A stretch of 64,000 nucleotides of DNA, from assembly GCA_902627595.1 (NCBI GenBank), contig CACOJO010000001.1, forward strand, positions 117,590 to 181,589, in the 5' to 3' direction. Origin of the DNA: an uncultured SAR86 cluster bacterium. GTDB taxonomy: Bacteria; Pseudomonadota; Gammaproteobacteria; Magnimaribacterales; AG-339-G14. The notes beneath the pieces were generated by a model. That model ran no database searches, was not told the DNA's origin, and saw only the letters and a list, made by a program, of their open reading frames with translations. Below are positions 31,225 through 45,588 of the stretch, one piece after another; the first letter of the stretch is position 1; every line of letters begins with the position of its first letter. The translations under genes were made by a program, and so were the position numbers.

Positions 31225-32448
31225 ATGAGTTTATCAATTTCAGAAAAATTAGAAATATTAAAAAGGGGAGTAGAGGAAATCATCCCAGAAAAAGGTTTAG
31301 AAAAAAAACTTAGTAAAAATAAACCACTTATCGTAAAAGCTGGATTTGATCCAACTGCTCCTGACTTACATCTTGGGCATACGGTTTTGATAAACAAATT
31401 GAAACAATTCCAAGATCTTGGTCATATAGTTATTTTTTTAATAGGAGACTTTACAGGTATGATTGGTGATCCCTCTGGAGTAAGCGAAACTCGACCAATA
31501 TTGACTTTAGAGCAATTAAAGAAAAATTCTAAAACCTACCAAGAACAGATTTTTAAAATTTTAGATAAGAAAAAAACAAAGATTGAATTTAACTCTTCAT
31601 GGTTTAAAAAAATGACAAGTGCGGACCTTATAAACTTAAGTTCAAAGATGACTGTTGCTCGAATGTTAGAAAGAGATGATTTTAATAATAGATATAAAGG
31701 AAACAAACCCATCTCAATCCATGAGTTTATTTATCCTTTGGTTCAGGGTTATGACTCTTATGAACTCAAATCTGATATCGAGTTGGGTGGTACTGATCAA
31801 AAATTTAATCTATTGGTAGGTAGAGATATACAAAAATCTTTTGGTATGGAAGAGCAAATAATTATGACATTGCCAATTTTAGAAGGGACGGATGGCGTAA
31901 AAAAAATGTCTAAGTCTTTGAATAACTATATAGGCTTGAGAGAAGATCCAAATCATATGTTTGGCAAGATAATGTCAATTTCAGATGACTTAATGTGGCG
32001 ATACTTTGATTTGCTGAGCTTCAAAACGTCTGAAGAAATCAGAGAAATTAAGAAAAAAACTGAGAAAGGACTTAATCCGATGGAGGCAAAAAAAATGCTT
32101 TCAACTGAAATTGTTGCAAGATTTCATGGAGAAGAAGAAGCGGTTTCAGCTGATAAAGAGTTCACAAATAGGTTTTCCAAAGGCAACAATCCTAAAGAAA
32201 TTAAAGTTGTTACTTTAAAGACAAAATCGTCTGAAATTTCTTTAGTAGATTTATTGTCTAGAGAGGATTTTGGAAAAAATAAGCTTTGTAAGAGTAAATC
32301 AGAGGCAAGAAGAATGATATCTCAAGGAGCAGTAAAAATAGATGGCAATAAGATTTTAAATGATGCTATTTTGGTCCCAAATCCTTCTGAAAATGTCTAT
32401 CAAGTTGGCAAATTAAAACACTTGAAAATTAAGCTGAAAAAAGGCTAA
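31225..32448 (+). CDS. tyrS: Tyrosine--tRNA ligase
   Basis: [27 protein letters not shown]-terminal S4 domain. Confidence 0.97.
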   Translation: MSLSISEKLEILKRGVEEIIPEKGLEKKLSKNKPLIVKAGFDPTAPDLHLGHTVLINKLKQFQDLGHIVIFLIGDFTGMIGDPSGVSETRPILTLEQLKKNSKTYQEQIFKILDKKKTKIEFNSSWFKKMTSADLINLSSKMTVARMLERDDFNNRYKGNKPISIHEFIYPLVQGYDSYELKSDIELGGTDQKFNLLVGRDIQKSFGMEEQIIMTLPILEGTDGVKKMSKSLNNYIGLREDPNHMFGKIMSISDDLMWRYFDLLSFKTSEEIREIKKKTEKGLNPMEAKKMLSTEIVARFHGEEEAVSADKEFTNRFSKGNNPKEIKVVTLKTKSSEISLVDLLSREDFGKNKLCKSKSEARRMISQGAVKIDGNKILNDAILVPNPSENVYQVGKLKHLKIKLKKG

Positions 32449-32478
32449 AACTTAGCTTTCTTATTATTAAAAGCCATG

Positions 32479-32491
32479 TATAATCGCTCGC
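32479..32491 (+). promoter_or_regulatory. rRNA operon promoter: -10 hexamer plus GC-rich discriminator
   Basis: TATAAT followed by CGCTCGC, upstream of boxA and 16S. Confidence 0.65.
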
Positions 32492-32517
32492 TCGTGCCTA
32501 AGAAAAATAGGTTCGGG

Positions 32518-32529
32518 TGTTCTTTTAAA
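32518..32529 (+). promoter_or_regulatory. boxA antitermination element (rRNA leader)
   Basis: TGTTCTTTTAAA, repeated identically in the ITS; resembles TGCTCTTTAACA. Confidence 0.7.
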
Positions 32530-32654
32530 ATACAAACAAGTAATTCGTGCGGGCACTTACCATTATTAATAAAGGTTAGTGTCAATTTTTAGATTATCGA
32601 AATTCGATAGTCACCTATTTTTATTATTTTTTTTAAAAAAATAATCGTTTAATT

Positions 32655-34187
<1,533 letters not shown>

Positions 34188-34264
34188 AACAAATTACACG
34201 ACTTTTATTGTGAGTGTCCGTTCGAATTACTTGTCTTACTATTTTCATAGGAAAATAAGTGATG

Positions 34265-34276
34265 TGTTCTTTTAAA
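34265..34276 (+). promoter_or_regulatory. boxA antitermination element (ITS)
   Basis: TGTTCTTTTAAA, identical to the leader copy. Confidence 0.7.
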
Positions 34277-34290
34277 GTATTGTTGATCCA

Positions 34291-34374
34291 GTAACTAAAT
34301 TTATTTAGTTACGACACTAATAATTAATGTTATCAATTATTAGTGCACCAAGTTTTAAGATAATTATCTTAAAA
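34291..34374. repeat. Three tandem AT-rich inverted repeats in the ITS
   Basis: GTAACTAAAT/ATTTAGTTAC (34291-34312), CACTAATAATT/AATTATTAGTG (34315-34345), palindrome TTTTAAGATAATTATCTTAAAA (34353-34374). Confidence 0.85.
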
Positions 34375-34437
34375 TGCTAATGGCAAATTTTGGCGCTTAT
34401 TATTCGAAAGACTTAACTTTATTAATTTAAAGTATTT

Positions 34438-37341
<2,904 letters not shown>

Positions 37342-37409
37342 AATACTTTATATTAATAAAGTTTTATAACGCCAAAATTAAAAGGATCTACAATACGAAA
37401 CTAGAATTC

Positions 37410-37526
37410 TGCCCGATGACATTAGCAAGTGTGTCCCACCTGACTCCATCCCGAACTCAGAAGTGAAACCACTTAGCGCCGATGGTAGTGTGGCTCGTCC
37501 ATGCGAGAGTAGGACATCGTCGGGCT
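37410..37526 (+). rRNA. rrf: 5S rRNA
   Basis: CCCACCTGACTCCATCCCGAACTCAGAAGTGAAAC, GCCGATGGTAGTG; terminal helix GCCCGATG/CGTCGGGC. Confidence 0.97.
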
Positions 37527-37531
37527 TCTAG

Positions 37532-38335
37532 TTAATTCTCAAGGGTTCCCAATGCAGTTGCAAACTCTCTGTTCTCAGGAAAAATCACTTCTAGACCGGA
37601 ATATTCTATCCATCTTGTAAGAAGCTCTTTATACAAAAAGTAATTGGGAGACCTGCCTACAACAACTATTTTTTTTAACTTAGCTGCCAGGGCTGTTGAA
37701 GCAGCTAGTCTTGCAACGTTTGTTGCAACAAGATAGATAATAGATTTACAAATATCCTCTTTTTCTAACTTATCCATCATATCTAAATTTCCAAGATGAA
37801 CCGCAATACTATCACTTGGCAAGTTACCTATAGGTCCAGATATAACGTCCTTCAATAAATAGTCTCCTATTTGACTTCCTCTTTTAGATAATTCGTTAAT
37901 TTCCTCTGGGTCATCTATTTGAGTAGCTAACTTACACAATCCTTTAATAGTTCCTCCTCCAAGACCACTTCCACCAAGGTGAGTAGAGGTTTCGTTATTA
38001 TAACCAACACATGCAGTTCCTGATCCACAACTTAACACCAGAAAACTTGTATCTAATTGAGTAAGTTTCTGTGCTCCTAAACCAATACAGTCTATTTCAT
38101 TTTTTTTCAGTATATCCAGACCATCAAAATTGTCTGGAAGATCTAAATGTTTTCCTCCTGTTACAGATATACTTTTGATTTTTGAGTCTTTTTGAAAGTT
38201 TTTTAATATATTATTTAAAGAAAGATGAATATTCTTTTCACTTTTGATTGATTTAAATGACAAATCGTTATTGGAATTGATAACGATATCAGAATTTGTT
38301 ATCCCAAAATCAATTCCTAAGTCAATGTTATTCAT
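37532..38335 (-). CDS. Type II pantothenate kinase-like (Fumble/CoaW, ASKHA fold)
   Basis: GIDFGITN, SVTGG, NEIDCIGLGA, SCGSGT, GGSGLGGGTIKGL, ATALGTL. Confidence 0.75.
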   Translation of the reverse strand: MNNIDLGIDFGITNSDIVINSNNDLSFKSIKSEKNIHLSLNNILKNFQKDSKIKSISVTGGKHLDLPDNFDGLDILKKNEIDCIGLGAQKLTQLDTSFLVLSCGSGTACVGYNNETSTHLGGSGLGGGTIKGLCKLATQIDDPEEINELSKRGSQIGDYLLKDVISGPIGNLPSDSIAVHLGNLDMMDKLEKEDICKSIIYLVATNVARLAASTALAAKLKKIVVVGRSPNYFLYKELLTRWIEYSGLEVIFPENREFATALGTLEN

Positions 38336-38366
38336 TCACGGGATATATTAGATACAAAGTTCAAAC

Positions 38367-38403
38367 TCATCTCTTTGAAAAAGAATATAAATCAAAGAGA
38401 TGA
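38367..38403 (-). terminator. Hairpin downstream of the ferritin-like gene (probable terminator or stabiliser)
   Basis: Perfect 12-bp inverted repeat TCATCTCTTTGA / TCAAAGAGATGA with a 13-nt loop; weak U-tract. Confidence 0.5.
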
Positions 38404-38423
38404 AAATGTAATAATTTTTAAAA

Positions 38424-39572
38424 TTAATGATTGTGGAACATTTCCTTTATAACTTCAGCTTGTTCTTCTGCTTGAGTTTCAATCTCGTCAGAAGACTCTA
38501 AAGGTTTGGAAATTTCAGCCCAATCAATTTCAAAATCGCTCGGTGCGACTTCATATTCTAATAAACCAAGCTCATCATACAAAGGACGAACAGACTCGGT
38601 TAAAAGACCAATCTTTTTTAAATTAGGCATAACTCTATTGAACAGGAGTCCCCTAAAGTCATCGTTAACACCTGATTTGAGAATAGCTTCTCTAGCTTCT
38701 TGTTCAGAATATCCAAAGAATTTTTTACCTAACTCATAATTTTGAATTCTATCTCTCATGATTACACACGCCTCGTATGCAAATCTAGCTCGATCTTCAA
38801 TTTCATCTTTAGATAATGTCTTATTGAAATCTTCTAAGTAATTAATTCCAAACGTAACATGTCTTGCTTCATCTCGAATAACATAATGAGTTAGATCTCT
38901 TAATAAAGGACAACTTGTACTCATTTTTGTTGATTGAAAAGCTGCAAGCGCAAGGCCTTCAATGATTATTTGCATTGCTATAAATTTTAAATCCCATCTA
39001 GGGTCAGTAAGGCCTTTATCTAAGAGAGCTTTTAAACTTGGTGATATAGGATAGGACATACCCATCACATCTTGTAAGTACCTATTAAATACTTCTACAT
39101 GTCTTGCTTCATCAAAGCATTGAGAAGCCGCATAAAGCTTTGCTTGATAGGTTGGAGCACAAGAAACCAATTGAGAAGCAACAAGGAGAGCCCCTTGCTC
39201 GCCATGTAAAAATTGACTTAGTCCCCAAGCAGACGCATGCCAGCTTACTTCTCTTTTTTCTTCATCAGACATATCATTATATTCAGGATATACGTTACCT
39301 AAGTCATCGAATTCTGGTTTTACAGGAAGATCCCCTCGTTTTATGTGATTTGACCAGTCTAGATCAATTGATCCATTCCAATTGAGTTCCTTTCCTAATT
39401 CATACAATCTCTTAATTCTATTATCAGCTACTGTATAGTCCCAATTATATGATCCTGTTAGCGGCGTATTGAAAATTTCTCTTACATCCTCAACATGCTC
39501 TGAGGTCATACGATCTTCAATATCATCAAATTCCTGAAATCCAGGAGGTCCATCTACGTTTGTAATTTTCAT
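38424..39572 (-). CDS. Ferritin-like diiron-carboxylate protein (AurF-like superfamily), function unknown
   Basis: SQFLHGEQGAL, DEARH (twice), IIEGLALAAF: E...ExxH...E...ExxH ligand set. Confidence 0.82.
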   Translation of the reverse strand: MKITNVDGPPGFQEFDDIEDRMTSEHVEDVREIFNTPLTGSYNWDYTVADNRIKRLYELGKELNWNGSIDLDWSNHIKRGDLPVKPEFDDLGNVYPEYNDMSDEEKREVSWHASAWGLSQFLHGEQGALLVASQLVSCAPTYQAKLYAASQCFDEARHVEVFNRYLQDVMGMSYPISPSLKALLDKGLTDPRWDLKFIAMQIIIEGLALAAFQSTKMSTSCPLLRDLTHYVIRDEARHVTFGINYLEDFNKTLSKDEIEDRARFAYEACVIMRDRIQNYELGKKFFGYSEQEAREAILKSGVNDDFRGLLFNRVMPNLKKIGLLTESVRPLYDELGLLEYEVAPSDFEIDWAEISKPLESSDEIETQAEEQAEVIKEMFHNH

Positions 39573-39609
39573 AAGTAAATTATAAGCGTCTTTTTCTTAA
39601 ATCTAAACC

Positions 39610-41361
39610 CTATTTCTCTTTAAATAAGTCGGTTAGTTGTTCTAACATAACATTTCCCAATTCCTCAGCTCTATGGATGGTCACAGCTTTTTTGTAATAT
39701 TTTGTAACATCATGACCTATTCCAATTGCAATTAATTCAAGTTCCGTTCTGTTTTCAATTTCTGAGATGACTTGTTTCAGATGATTATCAAGGTAACTAG
39801 TTGAGTTGGTTGACAGGGTACTGTCATCTACTGGAGCTCCATCTGAAATAACCATAAGAATTTTTCTTTGTTCCGGTCTTTTCATTAGTCTTGAAGAGGC
39901 CCATAGCAAAGCTTCGCCGTCGACATTTTCTTTTAACAAACCTTCTCTGAGCATTAAGCCAAGATTTTTCTTTGCTCTTCTCCACGCAAGATCTGCTGGT
40001 TTAAAAATAATATGTCTCAAATCATTTAACCTTCCTGGCGAGCTAGGCTTTCCGCACTCAACCCATAGTTTTCTGCTATCCCCGCCTTTCCAATGTTTTG
40101 TAGTGAAACCTAAAATTTCAGTTTTTATATTGCATTTGTCTAAGGTTGATCCAATTATATCTGCAGAAATGGCTGCTGTTGTCATCGATCGTCCTCTCAT
40201 TGACCCTGAACTATCTACTAACATGGTTAAGACAGTATCCTTAAAAGAAGTTTCTTTCTCAGTTTTAAAGCTTAGTGGAGTCAATGGATCAGTAATGATT
40301 TTATGTAACTTAGAGGAGTCTAAAATACCTTCCTCTTTATCAAATTCCCAAGACCGTCCTTGTTGAGCTAATAATAATCTTTGCAATCTGTTTGCCAATT
40401 TTGCTATGACGGATTTTGAAGGATCTATCAATTGATCCAGTCTATCCCTTAACCTTTTTAGTTCCTCTAGAGAACATAAGCTATCTGCATCAACTATTTC
40501 ATCAAAATCTCTGCAAAAAACTTTGTATTCTTGATTTTGATTTAATGCAATCAACTCTTCTAACTTAGATCTATTTTCTACCCAATCATCGGTGTCTTCT
40601 ACATCTCCATCCTCGATTTCAAAGTCTTCAATTTCTGTCTCACTTTCATTATCTGTTTCAGAAGCATCATTGTCGGGCTGTTCTTCTTGTTCTTGATCTG
40701 AAGAGCTGTCGTCTTCATCGTTATCATTATTTTCTTCTGTCTCCGACTTCGGCTCTTCTTGCTCTGGATGTTCAAATTCAAAACCTAATTTTTTAAATAA
40801 TGAAATTAAATATTCATTAAACTTTTCTTTATCATTGATATATTTATTTGCAAGCTTTAAATCAGCATTTACTTCAGAAAGGTTCTGACTCCAAGGTTTT
40901 AAAAAAACTTCTTCCAATTTATTATTTTTTTGATTTAAGAGAGTATTTTTTAAACTTATCTCTACAGCAAGTTTTAAAGCATCTTGTTTGTTCTCTATCG
41001 TTTGCTGAGATAAATTTTTTAAGAATAAAGTTCTCAGATTTTGCTTTATTCCTAAAAAGTCTCGCGAACCAAGTATTTCTGACCTAACTACTTCAAAATC
41101 TCTTAGGAGAAAATCCAATTCAGATATACCAGTACTTTTTAAAGGTTTTTCTAATAATTTATATTTTTGGAGAAGAGCTTGTTTGTCAGCATCTCCTCTA
41201 GAAAGTTGAATGGACTCGATGTTCTCTTGATGATTATGTCCAGGTTCAGCAATTTGTGGCAGATAATTAACGTCTAGTTGAAGGTCTTTATCTTTAGATA
41301 TTGCTCGACTAGAAGCGTTGATCACATCTTTGATGTTTTGTTCTGGAGATTTTTGACTCAA
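39610..41361 (-). CDS. cobT: CobT-like vWA protein
   Basis: RGDAD, acidic linker, [57 protein letters not shown]. Confidence 0.9.
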   Translation of the reverse strand: MSQKSPEQNIKDVINASSRAISKDKDLQLDVNYLPQIAEPGHNHQENIESIQLSRGDADKQALLQKYKLLEKPLKSTGISELDFLLRDFEVVRSEILGSRDFLGIKQNLRTLFLKNLSQQTIENKQDALKLAVEISLKNTLLNQKNNKLEEVFLKPWSQNLSEVNADLKLANKYINDKEKFNEYLISLFKKLGFEFEHPEQEEPKSETEENNDNDEDDSSSDQEQEEQPDNDASETDNESETEIEDFEIEDGDVEDTDDWVENRSKLEELIALNQNQEYKVFCRDFDEIVDADSLCSLEELKRLRDRLDQLIDPSKSVIAKLANRLQRLLLAQQGRSWEFDKEEGILDSSKLHKIITDPLTPLSFKTEKETSFKDTVLTMLVDSSGSMRGRSMTTAAISADIIGSTLDKCNIKTEILGFTTKHWKGGDSRKLWVECGKPSSPGRLNDLRHIIFKPADLAWRRAKKNLGLMLREGLLKENVDGEALLWASSRLMKRPEQRKILMVISDGAPVDDSTLSTNSTSYLDNHLKQVISEIENRTELELIAIGIGHDVTKYYKKAVTIHRAEELGNVMLEQLTDLFKEK

Positions 41362-42344
41362 GCTTTATCTACTAAATTTATAATGGAGTCACTTGTTTCA
41401 GAGTCGAAACATCTTTGGAAGTATTCTGCAATTATTGATTTTTCCGTTTCGTCGCATTTATTTAAAAAGCTTAATTCAAAAGAGTTTCCAATATCATTAA
41501 AAATTGAATAATTTTCAGCCCAACTTATTACTGTTCTAGGGGACATTAAATTTGAAATGTCACCATTTTTGAAACCCTCTCTTGTAAGATTTGCAAGAGA
41601 AATCATTGCTTTTACCATGGATTGACCTTTTTTATTATTTAAATCTTTAACTTTTGAAAGAATAACTTTAAGCTCTAAGTCTTCAGTAAGATAATTTAGA
41701 GGAGAAACGATATGCCATCTATCCATTTGTCCTTGATTAATTTGTTGGGTTCCATGATATAAACCAGTACTGTCGCCTAATCCTACGGTATTTGCTGTTG
41801 CAAAAAGTCTAAAGTAAGGATGCGGTGTCAAAACCCTATTTTGATCTAATAAAGTTAATTTACCCTCTACCTCTAATACTCTCTGTATGACAAACATTAC
41901 ATCGGGTCTTCCAGCGTCATATTCATCAAATACTAGGGCTACAGGATTTTGGATAGCCCAAGGCAATATACCTTCTTGAAACTTTGTTATTTGCTTACTA
42001 TCTTCGATGGCAATAACATCTTTACCTAACAAATCAATTCTGCTGATGTGACTATCTAAATTGATTCTTATACATGGCCAATTCAATCTAGCCGCAACTT
42101 GTTCAATATGTGTCGATTTTCCTGAGCCATGAAGTCCCTGTACCATAACTCTTCTGTTATTTTGAAAGCCCGCTAGAATTGATAGAGTGGTGGCTTTATC
42201 AAAACAATAGTCTGAGTCTAATTTAGGAACATATTCATTGTTTGTTGAAAAGGATTTTACTTTTAAATCAGAGTCAATTTCGAAGGTATCCTTAACCTTA
42301 ACATCGGCATCAGGTTCTTGAATTGAAAAATTATCTAGATTCAT
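41358..42344 (-). CDS. cobS: CobS-like AAA+ ATPase
   Basis: [54 protein letters not shown]. Confidence 0.92.
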   Translation of the reverse strand: MNLDNFSIQEPDADVKVKDTFEIDSDLKVKSFSTNNEYVPKLDSDYCFDKATTLSILAGFQNNRRVMVQGLHGSGKSTHIEQVAARLNWPCIRINLDSHISRIDLLGKDVIAIEDSKQITKFQEGILPWAIQNPVALVFDEYDAGRPDVMFVIQRVLEVEGKLTLLDQNRVLTPHPYFRLFATANTVGLGDSTGLYHGTQQINQGQMDRWHIVSPLNYLTEDLELKVILSKVKDLNNKKGQSMVKAMISLANLTREGFKNGDISNLMSPRTVISWAENYSIFNDIGNSFELSFLNKCDETEKSIIAEYFQRCFDSETSDSIINLVDKA

Positions 42345-42459
42345 ATTTTTATTGGTTTCTAAAGTGAAATGTAATTATCCTTTTTTAAAAAAAAACAGCA
42401 AGAAAATATATAAATTTGGCTTAACTTGCCTTAGACTTGCGTCTTAATTTTTTTATCTT

Positions 42460-43242
42460 ATGACTATTGTAGAAGATATTTGGAATGATATTCTTTCAGA
42501 AAGTGAAAATAAAATTTCCTTAGAACCAGAATCAAAAAGTCTTTTTCAAAAGAGGATTTTATCTCACGATGGCTTAGACGGTTCTTTGTCGGCAAAACTT
42601 GCCGATGATTTGTCTACAAAAGAATATTCCTCAGAGATTTTAGAAAAAAAATTTAATGAGGTTTTTTCTAAACCAGATTTTCTAGAAAAAGCCGTCATTG
42701 ACTTAAAAGCAGTAAAGGAAAGAGATCCTGCATCTAGTGGATTTGTATTTACATTGCTATTCTCAAAAGGTTTCGCAGCTCTTCAAGCACATCGGGTTGC
42801 AAATTTTTTTATAAAGTCTAGACAAGAAGTTTTCGCTTTTTTTATTCAAAGTAGAAGTTCTGCTATCTATGAAGTCGATATTCACCCAAAAGCAGAGATA
42901 GGTCACGGAGTCATGTTAGATCATGCAACGGGTATTGTTATAGGAGAGACTTCTGTAATTGAGGATGATGTATCAATTTTTCAAGGAGTTACTCTTGGCG
43001 GTACAGGAAAAGAGACTGGAGACAGACATCCAAAAGTTCGTGAAGGAGTCCTAATTAGTTCTGGAGCTCAAATTTTAGGAAATGTAGAAATTGGAAAAGG
43101 AGCTAAAGTTGCTGCAGGAAGTGTGGTTCTCTCAGATGTTGAGCCAAATACGACTGTTGCAGGAGTCCCGGCTATTGTTGTTGGCAAACCATCATCTGAG
43201 AAACCAGCAACGGATGTTGATCATACAATTGAAGAGGCTTAA
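42460..43242 (+). CDS. cysE: Serine O-acetyltransferase
   Basis: ERDPA, DIHPKA, LDHATGIVIGET, TLGGTGKETGDRHPK. Confidence 0.95.
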   Translation: MTIVEDIWNDILSESENKISLEPESKSLFQKRILSHDGLDGSLSAKLADDLSTKEYSSEILEKKFNEVFSKPDFLEKAVIDLKAVKERDPASSGFVFTLLFSKGFAALQAHRVANFFIKSRQEVFAFFIQSRSSAIYEVDIHPKAEIGHGVMLDHATGIVIGETSVIEDDVSIFQGVTLGGTGKETGDRHPKVREGVLISSGAQILGNVEIGKGAKVAAGSVVLSDVEPNTTVAGVPAIVVGKPSSEKPATDVDHTIEEA

Positions 43243-43245
43243 ATA

Positions 43246-44133
43246 ATGTCAACCCAAAAAAGTTTAGATGATCTTGTTGAAACCTTAAATTTAGAAAGGC
43301 TTGAGGAAAATTTATATAGAGGAGAATGTGAAAAAACTGCTTGGGGAAGAGTGTTTGGAGGTCAGGTTTTAGGTCAGTCTCTGAGTGCGGCTTACAACAC
43401 CATTGAGGAAAAAAGATATGCTCATTCTTTTCACGCATATTTTTTGAGACCCGGCAGAATAGACATGCCTATTGTCTATAACGTCGTTAGAATTCGAGAT
43501 GGTGGAAGTTTTACAACTAGAACCGTTGATGCAATTCAAAACGGAGAGGTAATATTTAATATGATTGTTTCTTTTCAGATTGATGAAGGAGGTTTTGAAC
43601 ATCAATTTGATATGCCCGATGTACCAGGACCAAATGATTTGCAAAGTGAAAGAGAGCTAAGAGAGTCAATGATTGAAGAAATACCAAAAGAGTTCAGAGA
43701 TGGGTTTCTTAGAGAAAAAGCTGTTGAGTTAAGAACTGTAGAACAATATAGTCCTTTAAATTCAGAAAAAAAACCTCCCTATAAACATACTTGGATGAAA
43801 GCTAATGGCAAGTTACCTGATGACATTTTGGTGCATCAAAATATTTTAGCCTACGCTTCAGATTTCGGTCTTTTGAGTACCGCTCAACTTCCTCATGGTA
43901 TTAGCTGGGGAGGCATGAATAGAAGAGTTATGTCAGCGAGCATTGATCATGCTATGTGGTTTCATAGACCTTTTAGAGCAGATGAATGGCTCTTATATGT
44001 TACAGATAGTCCAAGTGCTAGTAATGCAAAGGGCTTTAACAGAGGGACAGTTTATACAGAAGATGGAAAGTTGGTAGCCTCAGCCATTCAAGAAGGACTG
44101 ATGAGGCAAATCAAATCTAATAAAGAAAAATAG
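43246..44133 (+). CDS. tesB: Acyl-CoA thioesterase II
   Basis: VFGGQVLGQ, SFHAYFLRPG, RDGGSF, YASD, SIDHAMWFHRP, QEGL. Confidence 0.94.
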   Translation: MSTQKSLDDLVETLNLERLEENLYRGECEKTAWGRVFGGQVLGQSLSAAYNTIEEKRYAHSFHAYFLRPGRIDMPIVYNVVRIRDGGSFTTRTVDAIQNGEVIFNMIVSFQIDEGGFEHQFDMPDVPGPNDLQSERELRESMIEEIPKEFRDGFLREKAVELRTVEQYSPLNSEKKPPYKHTWMKANGKLPDDILVHQNILAYASDFGLLSTAQLPHGISWGGMNRRVMSASIDHAMWFHRPFRADEWLLYVTDSPSASNAKGFNRGTVYTEDGKLVASAIQEGLMRQIKSNKEK

Positions 44134-44136
44134 TTT

Positions 44137-45588
44137 TTAGACAAGAGTAGTTTTACCCATAATCTTTCTATCGATTTCTCGTGCTGCCGCTCGTCCTTCG
44201 TTGATAGCCCACACGACCAAAGATTGGCCTCTGCGACAATCACCAGCTGCAAAAACTTTAGGATGAGAAGTTTGGTGGATATTATGTTCTGCCTTGAAGT
44301 TAGACCTTTCATCTAATTCCAGCTTTAATTTTTTATTAAGATAGTCTTCAGGTCCAAGAAAACCCATAGCCAAAAAGATTAAGTCAGCTTTCCAAGTTTG
44401 CTCAGTTCCTTTGATTTCTTTGAAATCTTTATCAACTTTTACAGTTTTGATCCCGATAAGCTTTCCATTTTTGTCTCTCAAAAACTCTTTTCCGGAAACA
44501 GAATATTCTCTGGGATCTTTACCGAATACTTCTCTGGATTCTTCGTGGCCATAATCAATTTTGTAAACTCTGGGAAAGATAGGCCATGGATTACTTTTCA
44601 ATCTTTCTTTTGGAAGTTCAGGAAGTATTTCAAAGTTAGTAAGACTTTTGCAGCCATGTCTTAAAGATGTGCCTAAGCAGTCGTTACCAGTATCTCCACC
44701 ACCAATAACAATTACATCTTTGTCTTTAGCATTAATAAAACTATCGTCTTTCAAATCGCTATCCAAAAGACTTTTTGTATTTTGACCTAAAAACTCCATA
44801 GCAAAATAAACACCCTCACCATCTCTATTCTTTATAGGCAGATCCCTTGGCTTGGTTGCTCCTGTAGTAAGTAAAACAATATCGTTTTCTTTGATGAGTT
44901 TTTCCATCGACACAGAGTTTTTTCCTTTGCCACCAACGTCGCAATTGGTGTGGAACTTTATTCCTTCTTCTTCCATGATGTCCACTCGCATATCAATAAT
45001 GGACTTATCAAGCTTCATGTTGGGTATTCCATACATCATGAGACCACCAATTCTATCTGCTCTTTCATAAACGTTTATGGAGTGACCAACGCTATTAAGT
45101 TGTTGTGCGGCTGATAGGCCTGCGGGACCTGAACCAACGATGGCTATCTTTTTATTGGTTCTTTTATTAGGAATAACTGGTTTTATCCAGCCTGATTCTA
45201 TCCCTTTGTCAGCAATTGCAAATTCTAGATTTTTAATGGTAACTGGAGTTTCTGTAATACCTAAAACACAAGCACCCTCACATACTGCCGGACAAACTCT
45301 ACCAGTAACTTCTGGAAAGTTATTGGTTTTTAAGAGTCTTGCAAAAGCTTCTTCCCACTTTTCGTTATAAACCAAATCGTTCCATTCTGGAATCAAGTTG
45401 TAAACAGGGCAACCTTCGCCAGACTGGCAAAACGGAACTCCACAGTTCATACATCTCGAAGCTTGAGTGTTTAACAATGATTCATCGTGATCGGTATAAA
45501 TTTCTTTGAAATCCAATACTCTTTTCTTGGGACTACGATAAGGCTCAACCTCTCTATTGAATTCTTTAAAGCCTGTTACTTTACCCAT
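44137..45588 (-). CDS. gltD: Glutamate synthase small subunit
   Basis: [47 protein letters not shown]. Confidence 0.96.
   Translation of the reverse strand: MGKVTGFKEFNREVEPYRSPKKRVLDFKEIYTDHDESLLNTQASRCMNCGVPFCQSGEGCPVYNLIPEWNDLVYNEKWEEAFARLLKTNNFPEVTGRVCPAVCEGACVLGITETPVTIKNLEFAIADKGIESGWIKPVIPNKRTNKKIAIVGSGPAGLSAAQQLNSVGHSINVYERADRIGGLMMYGIPNMKLDKSIIDMRVDIMEEEGIKFHTNCDVGGKGKNSVSMEKLIKENDIVLLTTGATKPRDLPIKNRDGEGVYFAMEFLGQNTKSLLDSDLKDDSFINAKDKDVIVIGGGDTGNDCLGTSLRHGCKSLTNFEILPELPKERLKSNPWPIFPRVYKIDYGHEESREVFGKDPREYSVSGKEFLRDKNGKLIGIKTVKVDKDFKEIKGTEQTWKADLIFLAMGFLGPEDYLNKKLKLELDERSNFKAEHNIHQTSHPKVFAAGDCRRGQSLVVWAINEGRAAAREIDRKIMGKTTLV

Noticed and set aside
38424-39572. Ribonucleotide reductase R2 subunit
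   Set aside because: No nrdA neighbour, and the motifs (HGEQGAL, DEARH twice) fit the AurF-like ferritin family better.
39610-42344. Evidence of cobalamin biosynthesis
   Set aside because: CobN and all other cob/cbi genes are absent from the window; CobST alone is not diagnostic.
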